From Schmidtea polychroa (lineage: Eukaryota), in assembly GCA_044892525.1 (NCBI GenBank), contig CM097885.1, forward strand, positions 29,638,001-29,702,000: 64,000 bases of DNA, read 5' to 3'. This document shows positions 47,707 through 61,652 of this stretch, one piece after another. The stretch's first letter is position 1. The number at the start of each line of letters is the position of its first letter. Both the position numbers and the translations under genes were made by a program. Under the pieces are notes generated by a model, which saw nothing but the letters and a program-made list of their open reading frames with translations, did not search any database and had not been told where the DNA came from.

Positions 47707-50040
47707 TTGTACACAAGATTGTTATCACAAGATTGCTTGTTTTTATTAATAAATTTTTGACTCTGACACCTCATGCTGGTGTTCCTCATCTGGGAAAAGT
47801 TTGCTGACTTATCTAAGATTTTTTAATTTTTAATTGAGCTTAATTCTGAATTTATTTCTTTTTGTAATTTTTCTATTGGTTTAAAAATATTTTAAATTGA
47901 TTTTAAATTTTTTAAATGATTTTTATTATTACTTTTAAAATTTCTTGGATTAATTTTATTATTTTTTGTATTTTTAATATTTAAATTTAAATCATGGGTA
48001 TTTCCTTGAAAGTTTTTAAATTTTCTTGGATATTTATTTGAAAATTTAATTTCATGTTTAAATTTTTATTGTTTTCTTGAAATATTTTATTATTCTTTGA
48101 AATTAATTTTTCTTGTATTTTCTTGTATATATAATAAAATTCATGTTTTTATCCAAATTTAACATTATTTCCAAGCTTTTTTCTTGATAAATAAATTTGT
48201 CTTGGATATTTTCTTGAAGATTTGACATATTGTGTATCACTTTTATTATTTCCATCTGTAATTTTCAAATTGAAGTTTTGTTTTTAGTATTTTTTATCTG
48301 GGAAAGGTTTAAAAAAATATCGAAAATATTAAAACAATACCATTTAATATTTATAATTTTATTGAAAATTTAGATCAAGATGATATTAAAAAAACTAGAA
48401 TGTAAAAATTATATTTATAGAAAATTTATCTAAAAATTTATATAAGAATTTTGATAAAAAATAAATGATTAAACTACAAATGCTTAAAAATTATATATAA
48501 CATTAAAAATATATCTAAACATTTAAACTTTAAAGAAATATATATTAAAATATAATTTTAAAGATAAAAAATCTTTAAATTTAAAAGAAATATGTTACCA
48601 AAGAATATTGAACTATCAACAGAAAATAATAAAAACTCTGAATGATAATTGAATAATAATTTTTAAAATGTTACTTATTCAATTACAAACAAAAAACGAA
48701 TCCAGATAATATTCAGGAAAGCAATAACAATGCCAAAAAACCAAGATCCAATAATGAAAAACGCAGCAACTCTGCCCAAAAAAATGAAATCAAAAATTCA
48801 GAGACTCCCATAAAACCATTAAACTTTGACAATAATGTCAAATCTAATGATATAAATATATTTCTATTCCATGAAAATACCAGATTATCAAAAACATATA
48901 TAGAAATAGAATATTATAAGAAGAAATTTGTAAAAATCTGTCAAAAATGATAAAAAATAGTGAATGTTATAAAAACGATAAATTTGTCGTTTAAATTATC
49001 GTTTTTATTGCAGTTTTAATTTTTAATGTTTTGAGTATGATTTAATTATTTCAAGATTCATTAATAATAAAAATCAAGATTAAATTAATTTTTGAAATAT
49101 TAAATTTATCACAGAAAATATCTCAAAGTTAGAGGATATGGGTCTTTTATTAGAAATAAAATATAAAAATATCTATTGAATAAAATAAGCATTTTTAGAA
49201 ATAAAAATGTAAACAATTTTAAAAATTCAATATTTATTTGAAATTTGGAAGTTCAAATATTAAATTAAAAAAAATCTTTTTTGGCAGAATAGGTTTATTT
49301 AATTATAGTTGAATTATTTGTATTTTTTTAAAGTTAAAAATGTAAGTGTGTAAAATATTATTGATATAAATAAAAAAAATATCATAAGAAAATTTAAATG
49401 ATAAAAATTAATTTATTATTAAAAATAATTGAAAATATACAAAAAACAAATCAAATTTAAAAATATCAATAAAAATATTTAGAAATAAAAGTTAAAACAA
49501 TTTTTAAAATTTAATATTTTTTTTTAAAAATGGAAGGTCAAATATTGAATTTAAAAATATTTTAATCCAAATTTAAAAGAAACATTTAATTATAATAATA
49601 ATATTGAAATTTTAGATCAAGTTGATATTAAAAAATTAGAATGTTACAATTATATTTATGAAAAATATATCTAAAATATCAAACTTTAAAGAAAATTATA
49701 ACAGAATATGATTTTAAAGATAAAAAATATATTAAAAGTTCAAAAATATTTTTACAAAAAATATTGAAGTACCAACAGATTTATAATAACTCTAACAGTT
49801 ATATAAATAGTTTTTTTAAATTTAACTAATTCAATGAAAAAGAATTTTAAAACAATGAAAAATTCGAAATTCAGAACAATTCAGAACCTCGTCCAAATGA
49901 AATTGGAAAAAGCCCTAAATAACTTTCCACCAGCATCCAAGATGAAAAACAACGATAACTAAATGCCAATTAATAGTAAAATAAATAATTTACAGTTTAA
50001 TCAATAACTTATATATAATTAAAAATTAAAAAAAAAATTA

Positions 50041-50597
50041 AAAGAAGGTTGCAACAAAACCTATACTGATATCTTCCATGCTGAGCACCATTCCAGAAAT
50101 AAACATAATCTACCTTCTGGAACAAGAACAAAGGTCAAATGTGTACAATGTGAGAACCCAATCGAAGGAGATCAAGTAAATGACCATATCAACAACCACA
50201 AAGACGAACGAAAAAGAGCAATAAAGGAAATATATAAAAATGAGTCAGCCCCAGCAGACCTTCCGAAAAGCATCTTAGATGCTTACTTCATAAAAGAAAA
50301 TTGATCTCGGAATGGCAGTAGGCAGTAATGGCTGTGATGAGCACAATTACATCATCCAGGCACTGATTGAGAAATCGAACAGAATTAAATACAAACACGA
50401 ACAATGTCACCTGGCTTTCTTGGACTTGGCTGATGCATTCGGAAGCATCCCATTTTCTGTCATTTGGCATACAATGAGCATAATGGGACTCGATAAAACA
50501 ACTATCGACCTATTAAAAGAATTGTATAAAGATAATGTCACAAGATACAAAAGTGGAAAAACTGAATCGGAAAGGATAAACATTGTAAAAGGCGTTT
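50041..50597 (+). pseudogene. Short retrotransposon fragments (ZnF piece matching ~22352-22525; RT piece from another subfamily)
   Basis: KEGCNKTYTDIFHAEHH..; NGCDEHNY..FLDLADAFGSIP..IVKGV. Confidence 0.85.
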
Positions 50598-51624
50598 AAA
50601 AAAATATCGAAAATATTAAAACAATACCATTTAATATTTATAATTTTATTGAAAATTTAGATCAAGATGATATTAAAAAAACTAGAATGTAAAAATTATA
50701 TTTATAGAAAATTTATCTAAAAATTTATATAAGAATTTTGATAAAAAATAAATGATTAAACTACAAATGCTTAAAAATTATATATAACATTAAAAATATA
50801 TCTAAACATTTAAACTTTAAAGAAATATATATTAAAATATAATTTTAAAGATAAAAAATCTTTAAATTTAAAAGAAATATGTTACCAAAGAATATTGAAC
50901 TATCAACAGAAAATAATAAAAACTCTGAATGATAATTGAATAATAATTTTTAAAATGTTACTTATTCAATTAAAAACAAAAAACGAATCCAGATAATATT
51001 CAGGAAAGCAATAACAATGCCAAAAAACCAAGATCCAATAATGAAAAACGCAGCAACTCTGCCCAAAAAAATGAAATCAAAAATTCAGAGACTCCCATAA
51101 AACCATTAAACTTTGACAATAATGTCAAATCTAATGATATAAATATATTTCTATTCCATGAAAATACCAGATTATCAAAAACATATATAGAAATAGAATA
51201 TTATAAGAAGAAATTTGTAAAAATCTGTCAAAAATGATAAAAATAGTGAATGTTATAAAAATGATAAATTTGTCGTTTAAATTATCGTTTTTATTGCAGT
51301 TTTAATTTTTAATGTTTTGAGTATGATTTAATTATTTCAAGATTCATTAATAATAAAAATCAAGATTAAATTAATTTTTGAAATATTAAATTTATCACAG
51401 AAAATATCTCAAAGTTAGAGGATATGGGTCTTTTATTAGAAATAAAATATAAAAATATCTATTGAATAAAATAAGCATTTTTAGAAATAAAAATGTAAAC
51501 AATTTTAAAAATTCAATATTTATTTGAAATTTGGAAGTTCAAATATTAAATTAAAAAAAATCTTTTTTGGCAGAATAGGTTTATTTAATTATAGTTGAAT
51601 TATTTTTATTTTTTTAAAGTTATA

Positions 51625-54600
51625 TAGAAGGGCAAAAATAATATTAACAAAGCCGAATTCGGAAAAGGAATCCAAAAAGGAATTCTCAACATTTGACTTT
51701 GCAAACTTGAGGAGATTCTTCATGATATCGATAATATATCATGAATCAACCCTGGAGAATAACTCAAGATTCATGCACCTAACAGAAACTATACTGAGGA
51801 AATCATCTCCAGACCTAAAGGACATAAACTGGAACAATTTTCTGCACACATATAAAGTCCCAGACTCTTGGCTCAGAAAGCTAAAAGATACACCGAAATT
51901 CCCACAACTGAGGAAAGAGGATCAGTACCTCATCAGTATCATCATAGATACCTTGAGGTCATATAGATTTGACTGCCAAAAGGATCAGACAGATGCTATC
52001 CAATTCTTCCAGTTTACGATAAACAGAACAATCGTAGGGATCACGAAATGGTTCTCACTAAGAAGGAGGATTGAACCTTTTAAAAGAGAGACAAATGATG
52101 TTCAAATAAACACCCAAAATGAGATAGATCAAGGAATCCATGAAACAGATGTAATGGAGTCAGAAACAATGGAAGTACACATTGAAGTAGAGGAAAAACA
52201 TGACGATTCAATTTCCTCCTCTGATATGGTAGATGCAGTCATTGAGGAACCAGTCCAAGATACTGTGGACCTGCCAATACCAATAGAGCCCACAGTTGTC
52301 GAAGAACCACAGATAACCACAAACAACGAAAATATAGAAATTAGTGAAACAGATAGAGATTTGGTAGAGAAACACACAACACCTGCACCAACATCAGTCA
52401 GCAAATCAAAACAACAACCAAAAAATATCCGGTCCAAGAGCATAAAGAAAAGAAGACAAGTGGATGACACCGAATACCAAGAAAACACAAAGGATAACAA
52501 AAAAATACGTACCGGTGGAGGACCGTCAACGGCAAATACTCCACTGACCAATCTTATTATACCAAATATGAAAATCAACGATGAACTAAAAATCCAATGC
52601 AATTGCAAAAAAATAGATACTCGTACTCAACAGATACCAATGCCACCAAACACTTCAAAGAGTTACATCCACAATCCGGAGATCCAATAATAGAGTGCGG
52701 AATATGCAAAGCCATCATCACTATCAATGAAGCAATAGAACATATAGCAGTCCATAGAGAGAACAATACAAAAGAAAGGAACATACAGCAGCCCGCAATC
52801 AAACCAACAGAGGAGGACATCCCTACGGAGACCAGCTGACTATCACAGACAGCGATAGAATATTACATAAAATTTCTATCGCTCAGTATACCTACTCCAA
52901 ACACCGTGGCCTATATCAAACCAACATGTGCCACGGACCTGATAGAGAATAATAAGGCTGGTCTCTACAGTAACATCCATTTGGATACAATCGTGGGCTC
53001 TGATAGGGTCGTATGGCTGATCCATTGGAAACTCTGTCACTGGTCAATATACCTAGCGGACAAAGAAAATAGGGAGTCGGTAATTCTTGATACTGATGAC
53101 CAAATATCCGAATCAGAGAAAAGTACAATAAAGGCCAAAATGGATGAAATACTAAGGATGACTACACAGGATCAAGCCCCATTCAACAGAATATCAATTG
53201 ACGAATACCCCAAACAAGATAACGATTATGATTGTGGAGTGTTCGTTCTTCAATATATAATGGACTTCTTAGAAAATCCAGAGAGACCCTTATTCAATAT
53301 GCCTGATTCAGATAAAATAAGAACACAAATTACAACGAGCATACTAGAAGATATCAAAAAATACAAAAAATGCAACAATGAAACAAAGAATGAAGACATA
53401 GAAGACGCCATAAATCAATTTAGACTACACCAATTATCAATAAATGACATACTTAATTGGTTCAAGAACAGATTCCTAAAAGATCAAAAGCCGAGAAGAG
53501 CATGCAGAAGCGAAAATAAAAAACCCAAGCTATGCTCATACCAAATACAGAGATTATATACAATAAACTCGGGCAAAGCAATAATACAAATTCACAATGA
53601 AACATGCAAAGTTATTGACCTAACATCAACGGCAATGGACCTGCATTTTATAAGAACAAAGCCTCCAAAGATACAAAATATGATTAATATTACGGATAAA
53701 AGACCAGAATGGGAATCATCAAAGCCATTTACAGAGAAAGATGTATCCATTGGAATAAAAAACAGCAAAGATGCAGCACCAGGAGAGGATGGAATTCCAA
53801 TAAGAGCATGGAAAGAATGGATGCCTGAAGACCCATTAACTCCAATATTCAACAAAATAATAGAATCCAAAAACATCCCAGATTCATGGAAAACTTATGT
53901 TACAAAGTTAATTAAAAAACTAGGCAAAAGTAACCAAGCACACAATCCGGCAAATTGGAGACCAATAGCATTAATGCCCACAAGTTATAGAATTTTTATG
54001 AAAATCCTTAACAAAAGAATTCTCCAATGGATCCACGAACACAGGTTAATTTCGAAATGGCAAAAGGCAGTGAATATATCCAATGGGTGTGATGAACATA
54101 ATTACATCATCACTGTTCAAAAAGAAAAGCCCAACAGAAAAAGATACAAAGGATGTGAATGCCACCTAGTGTTCTTGGATCTTGCGGATGCCTTCGGCAG
54201 CATTCCACACAAAGTGATCTGGCATACTTTAGAACAGAAAGGCCTAAATAAAAACACCATAAGCCTATTGCAAGAATGCTATAAAGACTGTCACACTATA
54301 TATCAAAGTGGTGACACCAGATCAAGCCAAATCAAACAAGTAAAAGGTGTTAGACAAGGATGCCCACTATCAATGACCATCTTCAGCCTCTGTATTGAAT
54401 ATCTAATACAAGCTGCAATAAATAGTGGGAAAGGAGTCGAGATAGCTGGAGAGAAAATAAGCATTTTAGCATATGCGGACGATCTCGTTCTTATGGCACC
54501 ACAACACTATCAAATCCAAGAAATGCTCAACATAATAGTGGAACAAGCAAAGATGGCTCACCTTATATTTAAACCCGAAAAGTGTGGTTACTACCTAAAT

Positions 54601-55400
54601 AAAAAAGATGCTATTGGATGGGAAAACAACATCTTTCTCGACGGAACAAAGATCAAACATATAAATGAGGAAAATCTTTACACTTACCTTGGTGTCACAG
54701 TTGGTAGCACAAAGAAAAACGATCTAAATCAAATTTTCAAAGAAGTTGAAGACAAAGCAATCAGCATTTTCAGATCTTCGTTGAGGGCTCACCAGAAAAT
54801 CGAGGCATATAACATCTTTTGCCATTCAAAATTCATATTCATCTTGCAAGCCGAAGAAATAGCTAAAAGCGAAGCTGGAAAATTTGATGACAAAATTAGA
54901 ATGCTAATAAAGGATAAAGAGGTGCTTGACCTACAACATAAAAGCCCTCTAATGGACGCAATTTTTTACTCCCCGACCGAAAAAGGAGGCATTGGTATTA
55001 CAAAGATAGTAGACGAACAGATCATACAAACAATTTCTCGTTTCCTAAAGTTGATAAACAGCAGTCATTCGGCAATAGTAAACATAATAACGGAAGAATT
55101 AATAGATGTAGCCGAAACAAGAACCGATTCCCCCATCAACTCATTGTCAGATTCGTTAAAATGGTTAGATGAAACATATGCCCATAAAAGAACAAATTCG
55201 GCAAAAAAATCATGGTTAGATAGAGTAAAGAATGCAATAACTCAATTATACAACGATCATGATATCAAATTGACTTTCCTATCACGAAATATTGGCACTG
55301 GATGTAACATCAAATCCTACAATCAAGAAAAACCTGAGGAAGTCTTTCCTCCATTCTTAGACGAAGCCTCAAAAAAGCTACACAAAATGATCAGAGAAGG
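51625..55400 (+). pseudogene. Long non-LTR retrotransposon copy: N-terminal region, Zn fingers, Ulp1-like protease, RT; 3'-truncated
   Basis: ORFs 51707-52690, 52597-52839 and 52906-55443; IHWKLCHW..QDNDYDCG, NWRPIAL, FLDLADAFGS, GVRQGCPLS, LAYADDL; no endonuclease. Confidence 0.92.
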
Positions 55401-55717
55401 CCTATATCAAACCAACATGTGCCACGGACCTGATAGAGAATAATAAGGCTGGTCTCTACAGAAACATCCATTTGGATACAATCGTGGGCTCTGATAGGGT
55501 CGTATGGCTGATCCATTGGAAACTCTGTCACTGGTCAATATACCTAGCGGACAAAGAAAATAGGGAGTCGGTAATTCTTGATCCTGATGACCAAATATCC
55601 GAATCAGAGAAAAGTACAATAAAGGCCAAAATGGATGAAATACTAAGGATGACTACACAGGATCAAGCCCCATTCAACAGAATATCAATTGACGAATACC
55701 CCAAACAAGATAACGAT
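55399..55717 (+). repeat. Internal re-duplication of the Ulp1 segment 52908-53226
   Basis: GGCCTATATCAAACCAACATGTGCC...CAAGATAACGAT is repeated; again at ~59512-59830. Confidence 0.9.
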
Positions 55718-55762
55718 TAAGAAGTTTTTGCAAATGAGTAGTCAAACAAAAATTTGGAAGAA

Positions 55763-55803
55763 ATGAAAGCTTGGGCCGCCACAACCAGTTATCCCTGTGG
55801 TAA
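55763..55803 (-). rRNA. 41-nt 28S rRNA remnant at a retrotransposon 5' junction
   Basis: ATGAAAGCTTGGGCCGCCACAACCAGTTATCCCTGTGGTAA closely matches 18699-18739. Confidence 0.85.
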
Positions 55804-56303
55804 ACACACAAATTCAACAATCGAAGAGGATGAAAACATCGCAACGGAATCAGAAATACAGAAAATTCACGAAAAAACCAATAAATTAGAGTCTGGAATA
55901 CTGATGATGATGAAATGGATACAAACTCTAACCAATGAAATAAAAACTCTATCGGAAAAATTGGACAAATCGCAAAATGGGAATGAATCAGACGGAGGAA
56001 TTCAAAGGAAAAGCTATGCCAAAATTGCCAAAAAATCAAATACAAATTTAAATCTCAAAGAAAATAACAAAAATTTAAATTTTACGAATTATAAAAATTC
56101 AGAAAATCCAGAAAATCCAGATAATAATTTAACTTTCAAAGAAAATAATGAAAATTTAAATTCTACGAATTATAAAAATCCAGAAAACCCAGAAAATTCT
56201 GATAATAATTTAATTTTCAAAGAAAATAATGAAAATTTAAATTCTACGAATTATAAAAATTCAGAAAATCCAGAAAATTTAAAAGATTTTAAAAATTTAA
56301 AAA

Positions 56304-57539
56304 ATGGAAAATCAATTAAAAATTTTAAAACTCAGTATACCTACTCCAAACACCGTGGCCTATATCAAACCAACGTGCGCCACGGACTTAATAGAAAATA
56401 ATAAGGCTGGTCTCTACAGAAACATCCATATGGATACAATCGTGGGCTCTGATAGGGTCGTATGGCTGATCCATTGGAATCTCTGTCACTGGTCAATATA
56501 CCTAGCGGACAAAGAAAATAGGGAGTCGGTAATCCTTGATCCTGATGACCAAATATCCGAATCAGAAAAAAACACAATAAAAGCCAAAATGGACGAAATT
56601 CTAAGAATGACCACACAAGAATACCAATTGACGAATACCCCAAACTATGACTGTGGGGTGTTCGTACTCCAATACATATCCGACTTCCTATCCAGTGACA
56701 GAGGGATCAGATTTACGACCCCAAACTCAATGGAAATCAGAGAGCAAATTAAAAATATCTTAATGGAAAATATAGACAAATATGATAGCCTAGCCTCAAT
56801 CAAGAAAAATGAGGCTATTGAGGCTATCATAACCAGCTTCCGCCTACACAAGACAAACATCGACCAATTCCTCAAATGGTTCACTGATTTATTCAATAAA
56901 GATCGAAAGCCACAAAGGAATCATAGAGATAAAACATATACAATTACCAAATGCTCCTACCAGATACAGAGAATATTCACAGTGGCACCTGGTAGGGCTA
57001 TCAAAGAGATAGACAGAATCCTGGAACCGGCTACCGATTTAACAACAGCGGTGATAGACACATACTTCGAAAGACCCACTCCTCCAAAAATGAGAGAAAA
57101 ACCAGCACCCATTAAAAGTGCTCCGGAGTGGGAAACAAATAAACCAATAACCAGGGCAGACATCGATGAAGCAATAATAAACAGCAAAGATGCTGCACCT
57201 GGTATGGACCAAATCCCACTTCGACAATGGAGGGAGTGGATGGCATTTGATGCGCTAACACCAATCTTCAACAAAATCCTGGAGACGCATCAAATTCCCG
57301 AAGTATGGAGAAAATATTTATTTGAATTAAAGAATGAGAATCGTCAATTAAGTTTGGAAATGAAAAACATGAAGAAAATGATGGAACAAAAGATAAAATC
57401 AATTGAAACTTTAGAACAAATTATCAAAGACTCTGCCAAAATTTCTACAGAAAATAGGAAAACACAACCAAATTCAGATCAGATTGTGAAAATTCGAGAA
57501 AAAGAGCATTATTTAAACAAAGTGTGTGTTACACATTAA
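56304..57539 (+). pseudogene. Copy of the chimeric 411-aa Ulp1-like ORF
   Basis: Same translation as 46471-47706. Confidence 0.8.
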
Positions 57540-59875
57540 TTGTACACAAGATTGTTATCACAAGATTGCTTGTTTTTATTAATAAATTTTTGACTCTGAC
57601 ACCTCATGCTGGTGTTCCTCATCTGGGAAAAGTTTGCTGACTTATCTAAGATTTTTTAATTTTTAATTGAGCTTAATTCTGAATTTATTTCTTTTTGTAA
57701 TTTTTCTATTGGTTTAAAAATATTTTAAATTGATTTTAAATTTTTTAAATGATTTTTATTATTACTTTTAAAATTTCTTGGATTAATTTTATTATTTTTT
57801 GTATTTTTAATATTTAAATTTAAATCATGGGTATTTCCTTGAAAGTTTTTAAATTTTCTTGGATATTTATTTGAAAATTTAATTTCATGTTTAAATTTTT
57901 ATTGTTTTCTTGAAATATTTTATTATTCTTTGAAATTAATTTTTCTTGTATTTTCTTGTATATATAATAAAATTCATGTTTTTATCCAAATTTAACATTA
58001 TTTCCAAGCTTTTTTCTTGATAAATAAATTTGTCTTGGATATTTTCTTGAAGATTTGACATATTGTGTATCACTTTTATTATTTCCATCTGTAATTTTCA
58101 AATTGAAGTTTTGTTTTTAGTATTTTTTATCTGGGAAAGGTTTAAAAAAATATCGAAAATATTAAAACAATACCATTTAATATTTATAATTTTATTGAAA
58201 ATTTAGATCAAGATGATATTAAAAAAACTAGAATGTAAAAATTATATTTATAGAAAATTTATCTAAAAATTTATATAAGAATTTTGATAAAAAATAAATG
58301 ATTAAACTACAAATGCTTAAAAATTATATATAACATTAAAAATATATCTAAACATTTAAACTTTAAAGAAATATATATTAAAATATAATTTTAAAGATAA
58401 AAAATCTTTAAATTTAAAAGAAATATGTTACCAAAGAATATTGAACTATCAACAGAAAATAATAAAAACTCTGAATGATAATTGAATAATAATTTTTAAA
58501 ATGTTACTTATTCAATTACAAACAAAAAACGAATCCAGATAATATTCAGGAAAGCAATAACAATGCCAAAAAACCAAGATCCAATAATGAAAAACGCAGC
58601 AACTCTGCCCAAAAAAATGAAATCAAAAATTCAGAGACTCCCATAAAACCATTAAACTTTGACAATAATGTCAAATCTAATGATATAAATATATTTCTAT
58701 TCCATGAAAATACCAGATTATCAAAAACATATATAGAAATAGAATATTATAAGAAGAAATTTGTAAAAATCTGTCAAAAATGATAAAAATAGTGAATGTT
58801 ATAAAAATGATAAATTTGTCGTTTAAATTATCGTTTTTATTGCAGTTTTAATTTTTAATGTTTTGAGTATGATTTAATTATTTCAAGATTCATTAATAAT
58901 AAAAATCAAGAGGCATCTCTTTCAAAAAATTCAAAAATTCAAAATTCATATTCATCTTGCAAGCCGAAGAAATAGCTAAAAGCGAAGCTGGAAAATTTGA
59001 TGACAAAATTAGAATGCTAATAAAGGATAAAGAGGTGCTTGACCTACAACATAAAAGCCCTCTAATGGACGCAATTTTTTACTCCCCGACCGAAAAAGGA
59101 GGCATTGGTATTACAAAGATAGTAGACGAACAGATCATACAAACAATTTCTCGTTTCCTAAAGTTGATAAACAGCAGTCATTCGGCAATAGTAAACATAT
59201 TAACGGAAGAATTAATAGATGTAGCCGAAACAAGAACCGATTCCCCCATCAACTCATTGTCAGATTCGTTAAAATGGTTAGATGAAACATATGCCCATAA
59301 AAGAACAAATTCGGCAAAAAAATCATGGTTAGATAGAGTAAAGAATGCAATAACTCAATTATACAACGATCATGATATCAAATTGACTTTCCTATCACGA
59401 AATATTGGCACTGGATGTAACATCAAATCCTACAATCAAGAAAAACCTGAGGAAGTCTTTCCTCCATTCTTAGACGAAGCCTCAAAAAAGCTACACAAAA
59501 TGATCAGAGAAGGCCTATATCAAACCAACATGTGCCACGGACCTGATAGAGAATAATAAGGCTGGTCTCTACAGAAACATCCATTTGGATACAATCGTGG
59601 GCTCTGATAGGGTCGTATGGCTGATCCATTGGAAACTCTGTCACTGGTCAATATACCTAGCGGACAAAGAAAATAGGGAGTCGGTAATTCTTGATCCTGA
59701 TGACCAAATATCCGAATCAGAGAAAAGTACAATAAAGGCCAAAATGGATGAAATACTAAGGATGACTACACAGGATCAAGCCCCATTCAACAGAATATCA
59801 ATTGACGAATACCCCAAACAAGATAACGATTAAGAAGTTTTTGCAAATGAGTAGTCAAACAAAAATTTGGAAGAA

Positions 59876-59916
59876 ATGAAAGCTTGGGCCGCCACAACCA
59901 GTTATCCCTGTGGTAA
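59876..59916 (-). rRNA. 41-nt 28S rRNA remnant (duplicate of 55763-55803)
   Basis: Same sequence at +4113. Confidence 0.85.
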
Positions 59917-60416
59917 ACACACAAATTCAACAATCGAAGAGGATGAAAACATCGCAACGGAATCAGAAATACAGAAAATTCACGAAAAAACCAATAAATT
60001 AGAGTCTGGAATACTGATGATGATGAAATGGATACAAACTCTAACCAATGAAATAAAAACTCTATCGGAAAAATTGGACAAATCGCAAAATGGGAATGAA
60101 TCAGACGGAGGAATTCAAAGGAAAAGCTATGCCAAAATTGCCAAAAAATCAAATACAAATTTAAATCTCAAAGAAAATAACAAAAATTTAAATTTTACGA
60201 ATTATAAAAATTCAGAAAATCCAGAAAATCCAGATAATAATTTAACTTTCAAAGAAAATAATGAAAATTTAAATTCTACGAATTATAAAAATCCAGAAAA
60301 CCCAGAAAATTCTGATAATAATTTAATTTTCAAAGAAAATAATGAAAATTTAAATTCTACGAATTATAAAAATTCAGAAAATCCAGAAAATTTAAAAGAT
60401 TTTAAAAATTTAAAAA

Positions 60417-61652
60417 ATGGAAAATCAATTAAAAATTTTAAAACTCAGTATACCTACTCCAAACACCGTGGCCTATATCAAACCAACGTGCGCCACGGAC
60501 TTAATAGAAAATAATAAGGCTGGTCTCTACAGAAACATCCATATGGATACAATCGTGGGCTCTGATAGGGTCGTATGGCTGATCCATTGGAATCTCTGTC
60601 ACTGGTCAATATACCTAGCGGACAAAGAAAATAGGGAGTCGGTAATCCTTGATCCTGATGACCAAATATCCGAATCAGAAAAAAACACAATAAAAGCCAA
60701 AATGGACGAAATTCTAAGAATGACCACACAAGAATACCAATTGACGAATACCCCAAACTATGACTGTGGGGTGTTCGTACTCCAATACATATCCGACTTC
60801 CTATCCAGTGACAGAGGGATCAGATTTACGACCCCAAACTCAATGGAAATCAGAGAGCAAATTAAAAATATCTTAATGGAAAATATAGACAAATATGATA
60901 GCCTAGCCTCATTCAAGAAAAATGAGGCTATTGAGGCTATCATAACCAGCTTCCGCCTACACAAGACAAACATCGACCAATTCCTCAAATGGTTCACTGA
61001 TTTATTCAATAAAGATCGAAAGCCACAAAGGAATCATAGAGATAAAACATATACAATTACCAAATGCTCCTACCAGATACAGAGAATATTCACAGTGGCA
61101 CCTGGTAGGGCTATCAAAGAGATAGACAGAATCCTGGAACCGGCTACCGATTTAACAACAGCGGTGATAGACACATACTTCGAAAGACCCACTCCTCCAA
61201 AAATGAGAGAAAAACCAGCACCCATTAAAAGTGCTCCGGAGTGGGAAACAAATAAACCAATAACCAGGGCAGACATCGATGAAGCAATAATAAACAGCAA
61301 AGATGCTGCACCTGGTATGGACCAAATCCCACTTCGACAATGGAGGGAGTGGATGGCATTTGATGCGCTAACACCAATCTTCAACAAAATCCTGGAGACG
61401 CATCAAATTCCCGAAGTATGGAGAAAATATTTATTTGAATTAAAGAATGAGAATCGTCAATTAAGTTTGGAAATGAAAAACATGAAGAAAATGATGGAAC
61501 AAAAGATAAAATCAATTGAAACTTTAGAACAAATTATCAAAGACTCTGCCAAAATTTCTACAGAAAATAGGAAAACACAACCAAATTCAGATCAGATTGT
61601 GAAAATTCGAGAAAAAGAGCATTATTTAAACAAAGTGTGTGTTACACATTAA
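60417..61652 (+). pseudogene. Copy of the chimeric 411-aa Ulp1-like ORF
   Basis: One substitution (ASIKK to ASFKK) relative to the other copies. Confidence 0.8.
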
